A DNA stretch of 64,000 nucleotides from an uncultured Bacilli bacterium (lineage in GTDB: Bacteria; Bacillota_I; Bacilli_A; RFN20; CAG-826). Numbering within the stretch: position 1 is the stretch's first letter; every line of letters begins with the position of its first letter. The stretch is taken from assembly GCA_944358865.1 (NCBI GenBank), contig CALVRV010000004.1, positions 3,759-67,758 on the forward strand, read 5' to 3'. Made by a program: the position numbers and the translations under genes. Below are positions 63,496 to 64,000 of the stretch, piece by piece. The notes under the pieces are model-generated. The model saw nothing but the letters and a program-made list of their open reading frames with translations. It was not told where the DNA came from and searched no databases.

Positions 63496-64000
63496 ATGGA
63501 TGAAAAATTAGTTAAGATAAAAGATATTTTTGTTAATTTAACAAACAAAAAAGTTAAAACTATTTCAAAGTTTAATAATGGTTTTACAAATCAATGCTAT
63601 TTAATTAATGATGCATATGTTTTAAAAACACCATCAGAATATATTCAACCATTTATAGATTATAATAATGAAAGTTATATTCTTAACTGTTTAAAAGATA
63701 ATAAAAATGTTGTCAGTGTTTATTTAGAAAATATTGAAAATAAAATTTTAATTATGAAATATATTCATCAAGCTAAACCATACACTGATACTTTAGACAA
63801 AAATCAAATTATAAATGTATGTAAAGCGATTAAAAAAATTCATCGAATTAACGATGAAAATATAAAAAAATTTGATATGTTTGAAAGATTAGAAACATAT
63901 AAGAAAAATAGCAAAGAAAAATTAGATGGACGATACGAAAGAAAAATTATTAATAGAATTAAAAAGAGTATAGAAAACGAGCAATTAGTTTTATGCCATA
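63496..64000 (+). CDS. Choline/ethanolamine-kinase or APH-like phosphotransferase (partial; continues past the window end)
   Basis: ATG at 63496. NGFTNQCYLINDAYVLK is typical of the N-lobe of the LicA/APH kinase family. The frame is open to base 64000. Confidence 0.5.
   Translation, partial: MDEKLVKIKDIFVNLTNKKVKTISKFNNGFTNQCYLINDAYVLKTPSEYIQPFIDYNNESYILNCLKDNKNVVSVYLENIENKILIMKYIHQAKPYTDTLDKNQIINVCKAIKKIHRINDENIKKFDMFERLETYKKNSKEKLDGRYERKIINRIKKSIENEQLVLCH

Noticed and set aside
1-64000. Mycoplasma-type genetic code (TGA = Trp)
   Set aside because: Every long conserved gene (leuS, dnaE, polA, priA and others) is complete under the standard code. TGA sits at sensible gene ends (for example the ATGA overlaps at 7036-7039 and 11829-11832), and conserved Trp positions are TGG.
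1-64000. Prophage, IS element or conjugative element
   Set aside because: I recognised no integrase, transposase, recombinase, terminase, capsid or relaxase-like ORF on either strand. The only mobility signature is the 82-bp direct-repeat pair at the tRNA-Ala locus.

Overview
This is a very AT-rich bacterial chromosome segment that uses the standard genetic code. All long housekeeping ORFs are intact with TGA as a stop (for example TGA at 7038..7036), and Trp is TGG.

Lineage (inference only): gene content and order from about 17 to 40 kb look like a compressed version of a Bacillus-type region (ackA, dnaE, polA-mutM-coaE, dnaB-dnaI, pfkA, thrS, infC-rpmI-rplT, thiI-cysteine desulfurase-ezrA, rpsD, tyrS). 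Together with several lipobox lipoproteins and a PrkC-like kinase that has no TM or PASTA part, this suggests a Firmicutes-derived, possibly wall-less (Mollicutes-like, Acholeplasma-type code) organism.

Layout:
- 1-1.2 kb: two lipoprotein genes.
- 1.4-12.3 kb: one co-directional, extremely AT-rich glycan operon. It holds three GT4 transferases, a membrane-anchored GT, an apparent Wzy-Wzx fusion, LicD and TagD.
- 12.4-15.3 kb: a lipoprotein gene, a 420-bp ORF-free motif-rich stretch, and a 1.9-kb islet. The islet is bounded by 82-bp direct repeats next to tRNA-Ala(GGC) and carries an AlbA_2/Schlafen-like ATPase-wHTH protein plus a 66-aa ORF. This is my best candidate for a non-core or novel system.
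- 15.4-17.2 kb: an aconitase-X (DUF521/DUF126) pair.
- 17.3-64 kb: housekeeping genes, including a thrS T-box, an L20-type leader before infC, an rpsD leader, glgCDA, and the priA..rsmB-rlmN-stp-prkC-rpe string.

Apparent gene fusions: Fpg-CoaE, ECF-S-component-PepV, and Wzy-Wzx.

No CRISPR array, rRNA, transposase, integrase or phage structural genes were seen.

All domain calls come from motif recognition by eye. No HMM or BLAST search was run, so family names are hypotheses with the stated confidence.
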